DNA of 33,292 bases, taken from assembly GCA_026398545.1 (NCBI GenBank), contig JAPLSR010000267.1, positions 1-33,292 on the forward strand, read 5' to 3'. This document shows positions 19,273-29,155 of the stretch, in pieces. Numbering within the stretch: the stretch's first letter is position 1; each line of letters starts with the position of its first letter. The notes under the pieces are model-generated. The model was given only the letters and a program-made list of their open reading frames with translations. It searched no databases and was not told the DNA's origin. The stretch comes from Candidatus Sumerlaeota bacterium (GTDB taxonomy: Bacteria; Sumerlaeota; Sumerlaeia; MWCT01). A program made the position numbers and the translations under genes.

Positions 19273-20328
19273 ATGGCCAAGAAAACAACCAAACAAACAA
19301 AACCCGCCTCTCGTTTAGAGTTAATTAAGCAGATTGGAAAAGAACGAAATTCTGCTGTGATTTGCTATGTTACGGGAGACAGAGAGAATTTTAATACAAA
19401 AATTGGAGAGGATGTTATTCCGATATTTTTTAGGCATCTTGAGTTAATTAGCAATAGAAATAATATAGATCTATTTCTTTACACCAGAGGCGGAGATATG
19501 GTTGTGCCAATTAGAATAGTAAAATTATTAAAAAGTTATTGTAAGAAATTTAGCGTTCTAGTTCCTTACAGGTCACATAGTGCTGGGACGCTTATCGCCC
19601 TTGGTGCTGATGAAATTGTAATGACTAAATTAGGAGAACTAACACCAGTAGATCCCACAACAGAACACCCATTCAATCCGCAAGATCCAGTAGATAAAAG
19701 GAAAGTTATTCCTATTAGCGTTGAGGATATTACTTCATACTTGCTTTTAGCAAAGGACAAAGGTATGGTTAAAGGAAATAAAATGGCTGAAATCTTCGAT
19801 AATCTTACAAAACATTTATATCCAGACTCTAAACATCTTCATCCCCTAGCGTTAGGAAATGTTTACCGCGCTCAAAGAATGATTAGAATTTTGTCTCAAA
19901 GATTATTAAGTTTACATATGGACATTGAAAAAGAAAGTAGTAAAAAAACCATTGACAAAATTGTTAATGAAATTACCAGCGATATATGTATACATAATTA
20001 TCCTATTTACCGAGATGAAGCAAAAGCATTAGGACTTCCAATAATTATGCCAGAGGCCAAGTTGGGGAAATTGCTATGGGATTTATACGAAAAGTATGCT
20101 GAAGATATGGAACTTAGAAAACAATTTAATCCTTTAGAAATTTTAGGACAAGAAAATGGTAAAAATATAAAATATGGAGCGGCTTATATTGAAAGCGTTG
20201 AGGCACAGGATACTTTTTATTATGATATTCGTATAAATAAAATTATGACTCCCCAAGTACCAGCCCAGCTCCCCTTGCCAGCAATAAATGTAAACGTGGC
20301 AGGTTTTTCTTGGGAAAAAGTGAGGTAA
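19273..20328 (+). CDS. SDH-family Clp-fold serine protease
   Basis: IDLFLYTRGGD, HSAGTLIALGADEIVM (Ser), LTPVDP (Asp) and IHNYPIYRDEAKALGL (His), in Ser-Asp-His order. Confidence 0.85.
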   Translation: MAKKTTKQTKPASRLELIKQIGKERNSAVICYVTGDRENFNTKIGEDVIPIFFRHLELISNRNNIDLFLYTRGGDMVVPIRIVKLLKSYCKKFSVLVPYRSHSAGTLIALGADEIVMTKLGELTPVDPTTEHPFNPQDPVDKRKVIPISVEDITSYLLLAKDKGMVKGNKMAEIFDNLTKHLYPDSKHLHPLALGNVYRAQRMIRILSQRLLSLHMDIEKESSKKTIDKIVNEITSDICIHNYPIYRDEAKALGLPIIMPEAKLGKLLWDLYEKYAEDMELRKQFNPLEILGQENGKNIKYGAAYIESVEAQDTFYYDIRINKIMTPQVPAQLPLPAINVNVAGFSWEKVR

Positions 20329-20330
20329 TT

Positions 20331-20756
20331 ATGAATACAACAAACACATCAATTATTAGTGAAAACATTGATTACAACCCACAGCAGGTGGATTCGGTTG
20401 GAAGTTTTCCTATTTTTGCTTTTCCAGACTTTCTTCGCATCGTCATACCTTCGAAAGATGATATTTTCAAAAGAAAAACCGAAAAGTTAGAAATTGAAAA
20501 ATTAAACATTCCTAAAGATGTAGATATACTTGAATTTGCTAAAAATTTTTATTTGGACCACAAAGAAGCTTTATTAAAGAAATATAGAAACAGATATGTT
20601 GCTATCCTGAATAATAAAGTTGTTGGCTCCGATAAAGATTTTTCAAAATTAGCCCAGAGAGTTTACGCAAAATATGGTTATCAAACTATTTATATGCCTT
20701 TTGTTGAAATTGAAGAAAGGATAGTAAGAATTACTTCCCCGAGAATTAAAATTTAA
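20331..20756 (+). CDS. DUF5678-like domain protein
   Basis: C-terminal FYLDHKEALLKKYRNRYVAILNNKVVGSDKDFSKLAQRVYAKYG; GAGG RBS overlapping the upstream stop. Confidence 0.7.
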   Translation: MNTTNTSIISENIDYNPQQVDSVGSFPIFAFPDFLRIVIPSKDDIFKRKTEKLEIEKLNIPKDVDILEFAKNFYLDHKEALLKKYRNRYVAILNNKVVGSDKDFSKLAQRVYAKYGYQTIYMPFVEIEERIVRITSPRIKI

Positions 20757-20784
20757 TAATTTATGTATGGCTAAATAAAAATCA

Positions 20785-21165
20785 ATGTTAGCTTATCCTT
20801 ACAATACAAACAAATTTAACCCTCCAGCTCCTGTTTTTGAGGTTTCTTTATCTTCTCCAACATCTCAAGGAGAAATTATAAAAATTCCAGCTCTCCTTGA
20901 CTCGGGAGCAGATATAACAGTAATTCCACAGAATGTTGCTCAACAATTACAGCTTAAATATGTAGACGAGATTACGGCGACTGGTTACGACGGGGTTGAA
21001 AAAAAGGCGTTTGTCTATTCAGTAAAAATTATTTTTGATAATTTAGGCGATTTTATAATCAAAGTGATTATCTCGGAAAGAGATTATGTCTTAGTTGGAA
21101 GAGATATACTTAACAAATGGTCTGTGTTTTTAAAAGGACGAAATAAGATTTTTGAAATTAGTTAG
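20785..21165 (+). CDS. Single-domain retropepsin-like (clan AA) aspartyl protease
   Basis: ALLDSGADITVIP catalytic motif and C-terminal LVGRDIL; 126 aa. Confidence 0.88.
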   Translation: MLAYPYNTNKFNPPAPVFEVSLSSPTSQGEIIKIPALLDSGADITVIPQNVAQQLQLKYVDEITATGYDGVEKKAFVYSVKIIFDNLGDFIIKVIISERDYVLVGRDILNKWSVFLKGRNKIFEIS

Positions 21166-21208
21166 TTTAATTCGGCGGTTCGCTCGCCAGTTTTGAGCGT
21201 TGGGTGGG

Positions 21209-21233
21209 TGTGCGTCGCCGAAGGCGACGCACA
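21209..21233. repeat. Perfect 11-bp GC-rich inverted repeat with a GAA loop
   Basis: TGTGCGTCGCC-GAA-GGCGACGCACA. Confidence 0.9.
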
Positions 21234-21326
21234 AGTCAGTCAGGATTTCGTTCAAAATAGGTTCACACCGCGTTCAATAATTGCGACCAGATTAGACATT
21301 TGCCAGCCTGCCGAATATCGAACTAA

Positions 21327-21518
21327 TTAAAATCCCTTTGGACTTTGGAAACAGCGGGGAAAATAGGTAGATATCTATTCTTTCGTCATTTCTTCACGCA
21401 TGCTTACGGTTTCCTTATAGATGAGGCAAAATTAAAACCTTTAATGAACAACATCCCAAACGTTTATTCTGAGTTCAAAGGGGAAATAGATAATTATCTC
21501 ACAAAAATTGAAGGATGA
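21327..21518 (+). pseudogene. C-terminal remnant of a HepT-like HEPN ribonuclease toxin
   Basis: Manual translation: LKSLWTLETAGKIGRYLFFRHFFTHAYGFLIDEAKLKPLMNNIPNVYSEFKGEIDNYLTKIEG*. It has an RHxxxHxY motif and an in-frame stop immediately upstream. Confidence 0.7.
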
Positions 21519-21575
21519 ACCGACAGTAATTTCAAAGACTTCGCGTAAACGTCAAATATTGCCACAAAATACCAT

Positions 21576-22289
21576 TCATGCGTAATAGCGGTTGTATGTT
21601 TCAGATTGACTTCGTTTTCTGATAAATACCCTGAGCAGGATGATTCCACTGATGAAGCCCGCAATGTGCGCCCAGAAAGCTATCCCACCGACCTGCCCCG
21701 CACCTGACAAGAGCGCCTGAGTCCCGCTCAAGAATTGTAATATGAACCAGAATAATAGGTAAACTACCGCCGGTATCTCGAAGAAGAGTGGGTAAAAGAA
21801 TATTGGCATCAATACGAGGATACGCGCCCCCGGGAACAGGATAAAATACGCACCCATCACTCCGGCGATTGCGCCGCTCGCACCTATGGTCGGGATGGGG
21901 GAGGAATGATATAGAACCATGTTTGCAGCACTGGCAATCAGTCCGCACAAAATGTAAAATATAGGGAAACGGAAATGTCCCATACGGTCTTCCACATTAT
22001 CCCCGAAAATCCAGAGCGCCCACATGTTTGCAATGAGGTGGAACCAGCCGCCGTGCAGAAACATGGAGGTGAAAAGCGGCAGGGGCGTCCGATGCGGATA
22101 GCCCATATACTCAGCCCAGCCGGGACGGAAAAATCTCGCCGGCACCACGCCCCACACATACAGGAATCGGTTCAGCGCATTTGGCGGCAGGTTCAACTGG
22201 TAAATAAAGACCAGCACATTTGCAATGATGATAATGACAGTCATCACCGGCGCATGTCTTGACTTGATGGTGTCCTTAATAGGAATCAT
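21576..22289 (-). CDS. Rhomboid intramembrane serine protease
   Basis: MFLHGGWFHLIANM, FGDNVEDRMG, GASGAI and AHIAGF. Confidence 0.93.
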   Translation of the reverse strand: MIPIKDTIKSRHAPVMTVIIIIANVLVFIYQLNLPPNALNRFLYVWGVVPARFFRPGWAEYMGYPHRTPLPLFTSMFLHGGWFHLIANMWALWIFGDNVEDRMGHFRFPIFYILCGLIASAANMVLYHSSPIPTIGASGAIAGVMGAYFILFPGARILVLMPIFFYPLFFEIPAVVYLLFWFILQFLSGTQALLSGAGQVGGIAFWAHIAGFISGIILLRVFIRKRSQSETYNRYYA

Positions 22290-22439
22290 GGGTTAGATGC
22301 CCCTGTTTAGAATCCGATATAATTCCATATTAAAAAAATCGCCGGGTGCAATAAAAAAAGTCTTGCACATATCATACGGGTTTATTAATACAGGCGATAA
22401 ATCGGGTTTGAGTTTTGGCAAATAGTCGGGGGTGAACAA

Positions 22440-23216
22440 ATGGAGGTTCAGTTTCCAGAATCACAGGTTTTCAAATCCTCGCAAGCCAAGATTAGCTGGG
22501 CGCAGAATCTTGCGCTGAGGCATTTTAATCTGCCCGTTGTGCCTGTGTGCCAGACGGATGACATCTCCTGCGGACTCTGCTGCCTGCGCATGGTCATGCT
22601 TTATCACGGGAAGGATGTCACTCTGGAACACCTGAAAGAGATAATGCCTCCGCATCAGGAAATTGGGCTTTATGACTCCCAGGTCGGGCTTGCGGCAATG
22701 AAACTGGGCTTCACCGTCACCATCTTTTCGTATAACTACAGGATCTTTCACCCGCTCTGGAACCATCTCGATAGTGAGGAACTTATTCAAAAACTTCAAT
22801 TGAAAAAGAGGATTGATAATTCACCTCAACTTGCCTTTCCAGTGGAAAGCTATATTGAGTTTTTGAAGGGCGGCGGAAACCTCTTATTTTATCCCCTCTC
22901 CAAGGAAATGGTGCTTGCACATTTCGACCATGAACTTCCCCTCATCGTGGCGCTTGACATGAGTTTCCTGTATGACTGCGCTGACTTTCAGGATGAAATT
23001 ACCAACTCCCGCCCCACCCATTTTGTCGTCCTGCATGGGTATGACCTCGGGCGTAACACATTTGATGTCACCGACCCCTGGTATAACATCCCCTTCCCGC
23101 ATGAAAACGGACATTATCTCCTCGATGCCGACCGAATCATCAATGCCATCATGATAGCCCAGGACAAGCACGACTCCGCCGTGATTGTCATCCAGAAAAA
23201 GGCGGAAAGTCCTTGA
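22440..23216 (+). CDS. Peptidase C39-like cysteine protease
   Basis: QTDDISCGLCCLRMV (Q...C), HFVVLHGYD and VTDPW. Confidence 0.8.
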   Translation: MEVQFPESQVFKSSQAKISWAQNLALRHFNLPVVPVCQTDDISCGLCCLRMVMLYHGKDVTLEHLKEIMPPHQEIGLYDSQVGLAAMKLGFTVTIFSYNYRIFHPLWNHLDSEELIQKLQLKKRIDNSPQLAFPVESYIEFLKGGGNLLFYPLSKEMVLAHFDHELPLIVALDMSFLYDCADFQDEITNSRPTHFVVLHGYDLGRNTFDVTDPWYNIPFPHENGHYLLDADRIINAIMIAQDKHDSAVIVIQKKAESP

Positions 23217-23249
23217 TTATCCTCGTAACGCGCAATTGAATATTATCGG

Positions 23250-23277
23250 TTGACAAACAGTGACTTCCACATAGGAT
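23250..23277 (+). promoter_or_regulatory. Sigma-70-type promoter candidate
   Basis: TTGACA-N16-TAGGAT upstream of the L,D-transpeptidase gene. Confidence 0.45.
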
Positions 23278-23365
23278 TTCATATACGAACGGATGTATGG
23301 AAAAGGATGCTGAAAATTAAAATACTTTTATCACAAGCCATTGTGGAATTTTCTGAAGGGGTTGA

Positions 23366-24577
23366 GTGAATATGAGCAAAACGAAGGGGATTGTGGTTGC
23401 ATTTTTTATTATTGCTGTGCTGGTGGCATTGTCAGTGGGGGGGGCTTATCTTGTGACTGCCGCAAGGCAGAAAAAGGCGATGAATGAGCTCCAGAACGCC
23501 AAAGACCTCCTCGCCAACCAGAAGACGGAAGTCGCTTTCAAACTCCTGAAGGAACATATTGTCAGGTATCCAAAAGGTCCCACAACGGCGGAAGCCCTTT
23601 TCCTGTTGGGAAAAATCCAGCTTGACGAGAAGCCCGATTCCCCCGATGCCATCGCCCTCTTTGAGCGCATCCTCAATGATTTCCCCAATTCACCTTACTC
23701 CGGACAGGCGATGTATTACAAGACCCTCAGCCTGCTCAATGAGCGACCCTTCAAGGAGGAGACCATAACCATTTTTGAGCAATTGACTAAAAATCCGGAG
23801 AGGAATAAGCAGGCGGCGTCTGTGGCGGAGTTCGGGCTTGCACTCGATGAACTTGATTCAAGAAACCCCTCTCAGGCAAAATCCAGAATGGATGCACTCC
23901 TTGAGCGCACTATCCCCAATGAACTTTGCTCACGCATCGAGGATGCCCTTGGCGAACTCAATCTCCGCATGCTCTTTTCCCAGGAGTTGTATGGCGATGA
24001 CCAGACACATGAGATGAAAACGGGTGAATACCTTTATAATCTTGCCAGGAAATACCACGTCACTCTGGAGCTCCTGATGAAAGCCAATAATATAACCGAC
24101 CCCAAACGGATGCAGACCGGGCAGAAGCTCAAGGTCCCCAAGGTCTCCTTCAGTATTGTTGTGGATAAAAATACAAACACCCTTACACTCCTTAACGATG
24201 GCAAATTCTTCAAGAAATACCGCGTGAGGACGGGCGCTTATGAAAACCAGACCCCCGTCGGGGAGTATAAAATCCAGAACAAAAAGATTAACCCCGCATG
24301 GGTGAATCCGCGCACACTCAAGATGTATAAGGGTGGTGACCCGGAAAATGAACTGGGCAACCGCTGGTTGTCCTTCAAGGATGACAGGCTTGGCATTCAT
24401 GGCACCATCAAGCCTGAGACAATCGGTTATTATTCTTCCTATGGCTGCATCGGGATGTACAAGGCGGAAGTTGAAGAACTTTACGACCTCATCACTGTGG
24501 GGACTCCCCTCAAGATTGTGGGGCAGATGAATCCCAAGATTGTCGAAAAATCCAAGGCGCTCGGGTTCAGAGATTGA
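23366..24577 (+). CDS. Membrane-anchored TPR + LysM + YkuD L,D-transpeptidase
   Basis: N-terminal TM segment; TPR-like YPKGPTTAEALFLLG and FPNSPYSGQAMY; LysM (GEYLYNLARKYHVT...GQKLKVP); GIHGT...SYGCIGM. Confidence 0.88.
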   Translation: MNMSKTKGIVVAFFIIAVLVALSVGGAYLVTAARQKKAMNELQNAKDLLANQKTEVAFKLLKEHIVRYPKGPTTAEALFLLGKIQLDEKPDSPDAIALFERILNDFPNSPYSGQAMYYKTLSLLNERPFKEETITIFEQLTKNPERNKQAASVAEFGLALDELDSRNPSQAKSRMDALLERTIPNELCSRIEDALGELNLRMLFSQELYGDDQTHEMKTGEYLYNLARKYHVTLELLMKANNITDPKRMQTGQKLKVPKVSFSIVVDKNTNTLTLLNDGKFFKKYRVRTGAYENQTPVGEYKIQNKKINPAWVNPRTLKMYKGGDPENELGNRWLSFKDDRLGIHGTIKPETIGYYSSYGCIGMYKAEVEELYDLITVGTPLKIVGQMNPKIVEKSKALGFRD

Positions 24578-24643
24578 GGATTTGGAACGGATGCACATTC
24601 TGGAGTGTGACACAATATCCCTATACCTGATGGTTGACTCTTT

Positions 24644-25444
24644 ATGAATGATATGAGAATCATCTGTATCATACCTGCGCGTTACGCCTCAACCCGTTTT
24701 CCGGGGAAACCGCTTGCCCCGCTTTGCGGCAAGCCCATGATTCAGTGGGTTTATGAGTGCGCAAGGTCGGCGCGCATGGTCCAGAAGGCTTATGTCGCAA
24801 CGGATGACCGCCGCATCCATGATGCCGTCAGCGCCTTTGGCGGTAACGCCGTGATGACTTCCGGCAATTATCAGTCCGGCACTGACCGCATTGCGGATGT
24901 GGTGAAGAATATGGAGTGTGACATTGTTGTGAATCTCCAGGGGGATGAACCTGCCATGAACCCCGAGACCATCGACCTTGCGGTGAAGGCGCTCATTAGC
25001 GACCCCGTATGTGACATCTCCACCGCCATGGTCAGGATAAGGGATGAAAATATTTATCTCTCGCCAAATGTTGTAAAGGTGGTCTGTTCCCTTGACGGAC
25101 AGGCTTTATATTTTTCCCGTTCCCCGATTCCCTCCCGCGCACGTGCCGGAGGAAAGACGGAATATGAGCGCTTCTTCGGATACAAACACCTTGGACTTTA
25201 TGTTTACCGGAAGGACGCCCTTCTATCATTTCCCACCCTGCAACCCACATTTCTTGAAAAACTGGAATGTCTGGAGCAACTTCGCTTCCTTGAATATCAT
25301 TACAAAATCAAGGTGGTGGAAACCCCTCACGACTCCATCGGTGTGGACACTCCGGAAGACCTGAAGGCGCTGGAGGCGCGCATAAAAGGCGGATGCGGGG
25401 ATGATGTGTGCGGACAGGGAAGAAAGGTTTCATCGCATGATTGA
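24644..25444 (+). CDS. kdsB: 3-deoxy-manno-octulosonate cytidylyltransferase
   Basis: IPARYASTRFPGKPL, SGTDR, NLQGDEP, YFSRSPIP and LEQLR. Confidence 0.96.
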   Translation: MNDMRIICIIPARYASTRFPGKPLAPLCGKPMIQWVYECARSARMVQKAYVATDDRRIHDAVSAFGGNAVMTSGNYQSGTDRIADVVKNMECDIVVNLQGDEPAMNPETIDLAVKALISDPVCDISTAMVRIRDENIYLSPNVVKVVCSLDGQALYFSRSPIPSRARAGGKTEYERFFGYKHLGLYVYRKDALLSFPTLQPTFLEKLECLEQLRFLEYHYKIKVVETPHDSIGVDTPEDLKALEARIKGGCGDDVCGQGRKVSSHD

Positions 25445-27061
<1,617 letters not shown>

Positions 27062-27081
27062 AGAAGGCATGTAACAAACTA

Positions 27082-27110
27082 TTGACAGTCATGCCGGTGG
27101 TTGTTTAAAT
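27082..27110 (+). promoter_or_regulatory. Sigma-70-type promoter candidate
   Basis: TTGACA-N17-TTAAAT upstream of the ORF at 27214. Confidence 0.4.
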
Positions 27111-27171
27111 TTATACTGAATTTGAGGGTTGAGCAATTTTTTTATCCGGTCATTTCCTAAATGAGCAAATA

Positions 27172-27198
27172 CTCAAATCCTCAAATTCTCAAATCTCA
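27172..27198. repeat. Short imperfect tandem repeat (CTCAAAT-N units)
   Basis: ctcaaatc-ctcaaatt-ctcaaat-ctca just upstream of the RBS of the 27214 ORF. Confidence 0.6.
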
Positions 27199-27213
27199 GG
27201 TGAGGGGTTACAC

Positions 27214-28341
27214 ATGATGCGATGGATTGTCCTTCTGGGCGGTGTCCTTATTCTGCTTTTTGCTCAGGCGTATGCAAGGGATATGAAGCCACTCGAAGGT
27301 GGCGACCTGATTGTTATGGAGCGTGAGATGGATGCCCCCAGTCGCCAGGAGGGGATGGATATCGCCGCACGGGATGCCGTACAGAGTTGTGTTGGTCGGG
27401 TCTATTATTCCGAGCAGATTGTCATAGCCCGTCCGCTGCTTGAAAAATATATCGATAGTTATTACAAGAAATATATCTTTACCGTTGTTGTGGATTCTCA
27501 AAAGCAGATTGGTGACAGAATTCATCTCACACTGAAGGTTTTTGTCAACTATACCCGGCTTCTCAAGGACCTTGAGGAGAAACGATTTTTCTTCAGACCG
27601 AATGTGCGTCCCCTGTTTATTGTCTTTCTAAAGGAGACGTTGGATAATGAGTCAGCCACATATAAGGATGGATGGGAGACTGTCCGCAGCTCCTGGAGAG
27701 ACCTCACAGGTCAGCGCCTGCCGGAGACTGAAATAACCGCCCCAATGTCCAATGTGAATGTGGTGGGCCCCCCCTCCCTGCTGGCAGAGGCAATCAGGAG
27801 CGCACAGAAAAACGGCGCGGAGATTATCATCACCGGTGAGTCATCCACGGTGCGTGAAAAGAGGGAGGAAATATATTACGACACTTATGCCTTTTATCGC
27901 ACCAATGTTACCCTGAAAATCATTCGTGCCGATACGGGGAGTATTCTGGATGAGGCAACGGCGACCAGCCTTGCCGGCAGCACCATGCAGAGCCAGGCAA
28001 TAAATCTCTCCATCGTCAACGCTGTCAGAAAGGCGGTTTTCCAGCTGGCGGAATATTATCAGAGTAACTGGGACAAAATTGTCCGCAACAAAGGAGATTA
28101 TCTCCTGATGTTCACCGGCGTCTCCGATGAAAAACTGGAACTGATTAAAAAGAGACTTTCCTCCCTTGATGAATCGGCGGCGGTATATGTCAAAAGCTTT
28201 TATGCCGATACGGCGGTTGTGAACCTCGTTTATAAAGGGAACCGTCAACTGCTCAAGGATGCCATCGAAGGCTCATCCTATCCACGGATGCATATCATCA
28301 AGGAGGAAGGCAGCAATTTCGAAGTGCAGATAAAGAATTGA
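27214..28341 (+). CDS. Exported hypothetical protein (possibly FlgT N-terminal/CsgG-like fold)
   Basis: Signal peptide ending in AYA; GAEIIITG...VTLKIIRADTGSIL resembles CsgG/TolB-N-like domains. Confidence 0.6.
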   Translation: MMRWIVLLGGVLILLFAQAYARDMKPLEGGDLIVMEREMDAPSRQEGMDIAARDAVQSCVGRVYYSEQIVIARPLLEKYIDSYYKKYIFTVVVDSQKQIGDRIHLTLKVFVNYTRLLKDLEEKRFFFRPNVRPLFIVFLKETLDNESATYKDGWETVRSSWRDLTGQRLPETEITAPMSNVNVVGPPSLLAEAIRSAQKNGAEIIITGESSTVREKREEIYYDTYAFYRTNVTLKIIRADTGSILDEATATSLAGSTMQSQAINLSIVNAVRKAVFQLAEYYQSNWDKIVRNKGDYLLMFTGVSDEKLELIKKRLSSLDESAAVYVKSFYADTAVVNLVYKGNRQLLKDAIEGSSYPRMHIIKEEGSNFEVQIKN

Positions 28342-28349
28342 ACAATTTC

Positions 28350-29077
28350 TCAGTATCTGATATTATCGATTAATCGCGTTTTGCCGAACCGGGCGGCAAT
28401 GGCGATGAGTGTATCATCCTTTTTCACCATGTTCATGCCTTCAAGGCTTTCCATTGAGACAATCTCAACATAATCAATACGTCCGTGTTTTGTCTTTTCA
28501 ATCTCGCCGCGGATGAATTGTTTCAAGATTGCGGCGTCAGTTATGCCCTCTTTAATAATCATGCGTTTTGCCTGAGATAGTGAGCGGGAGAGGATGATCG
28601 CCTCCTCCTTTTCCTCCGGCGTCAGATATATGTTGCGCGAGCTCATGGCGAGTCCGGTTGCACAATGTTGAACAATTTCAGCACAATAGTGGCGACGCCG
28701 CGGAAGTGGGTCGGGCGCGTGGCACCGCAGAGAATATTCCCCCAGCCCTCCACCTCAACATAGGTGCGGCAGCCCTCCGGATACATGTCATTTTTATCCG
28801 GCGCGAACATGACATCCACCGACACGCCTTCCGCCATGCGGCAGTCCCGTTCAAAATCGCGCGGATATGCGGCGAAGTCCTCACCGGGCGCAAATTGGGT
28901 TGGATTGACAAAATTGCTGACAACCACAAGGTCGGCGTGTTTGCGGGCAAGACGCATGAGGGAAAGGTGCCCTTCGTGCAGAAATCCCATCGTTGGCACA
29001 AGTCCGATGCGCTGTCCCTTTCGTTTTGCCGAGAGGGCGAATTTCTGCATCCCGGATGGATTTCTGATAATTTCCAT
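28350..29077 (-). pseudogene. panC: Pantoate--beta-alanine ligase split by an internal deletion with frameshift
   Basis: N-terminal half VPTMGFLHEGHLSL...RPTHFRGVATIVLKLFNIVQPD, then a switch to another frame reading GLAMSSRNIYL...TRLIDN. The FGEKDxQQ segment is absent. Confidence 0.9.
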
Positions 29078-29155
29078 GTTTTTACCGCCTTTTCGTGAAT
29101 CAGGCTTCACACATGGTTAATTCTAAAATCTTTTTTTGAATGAACGGGCTCTATT

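Larger units (their letters stand above)
18820..21540. mobile_element. AT-rich degenerate genomic islet downstream of tRNA-Pro
   Basis: Abrupt shift to AT-rich sequence at the tRNA 3' end, with truncated genes at both ends. No integrase is visible. Confidence 0.7.

Noticed and set aside
28643-28660. Programmed frameshift or natural two-subunit PanC
   Set aside because: Essential conserved residues are missing entirely, so recoding could not restore the enzyme.
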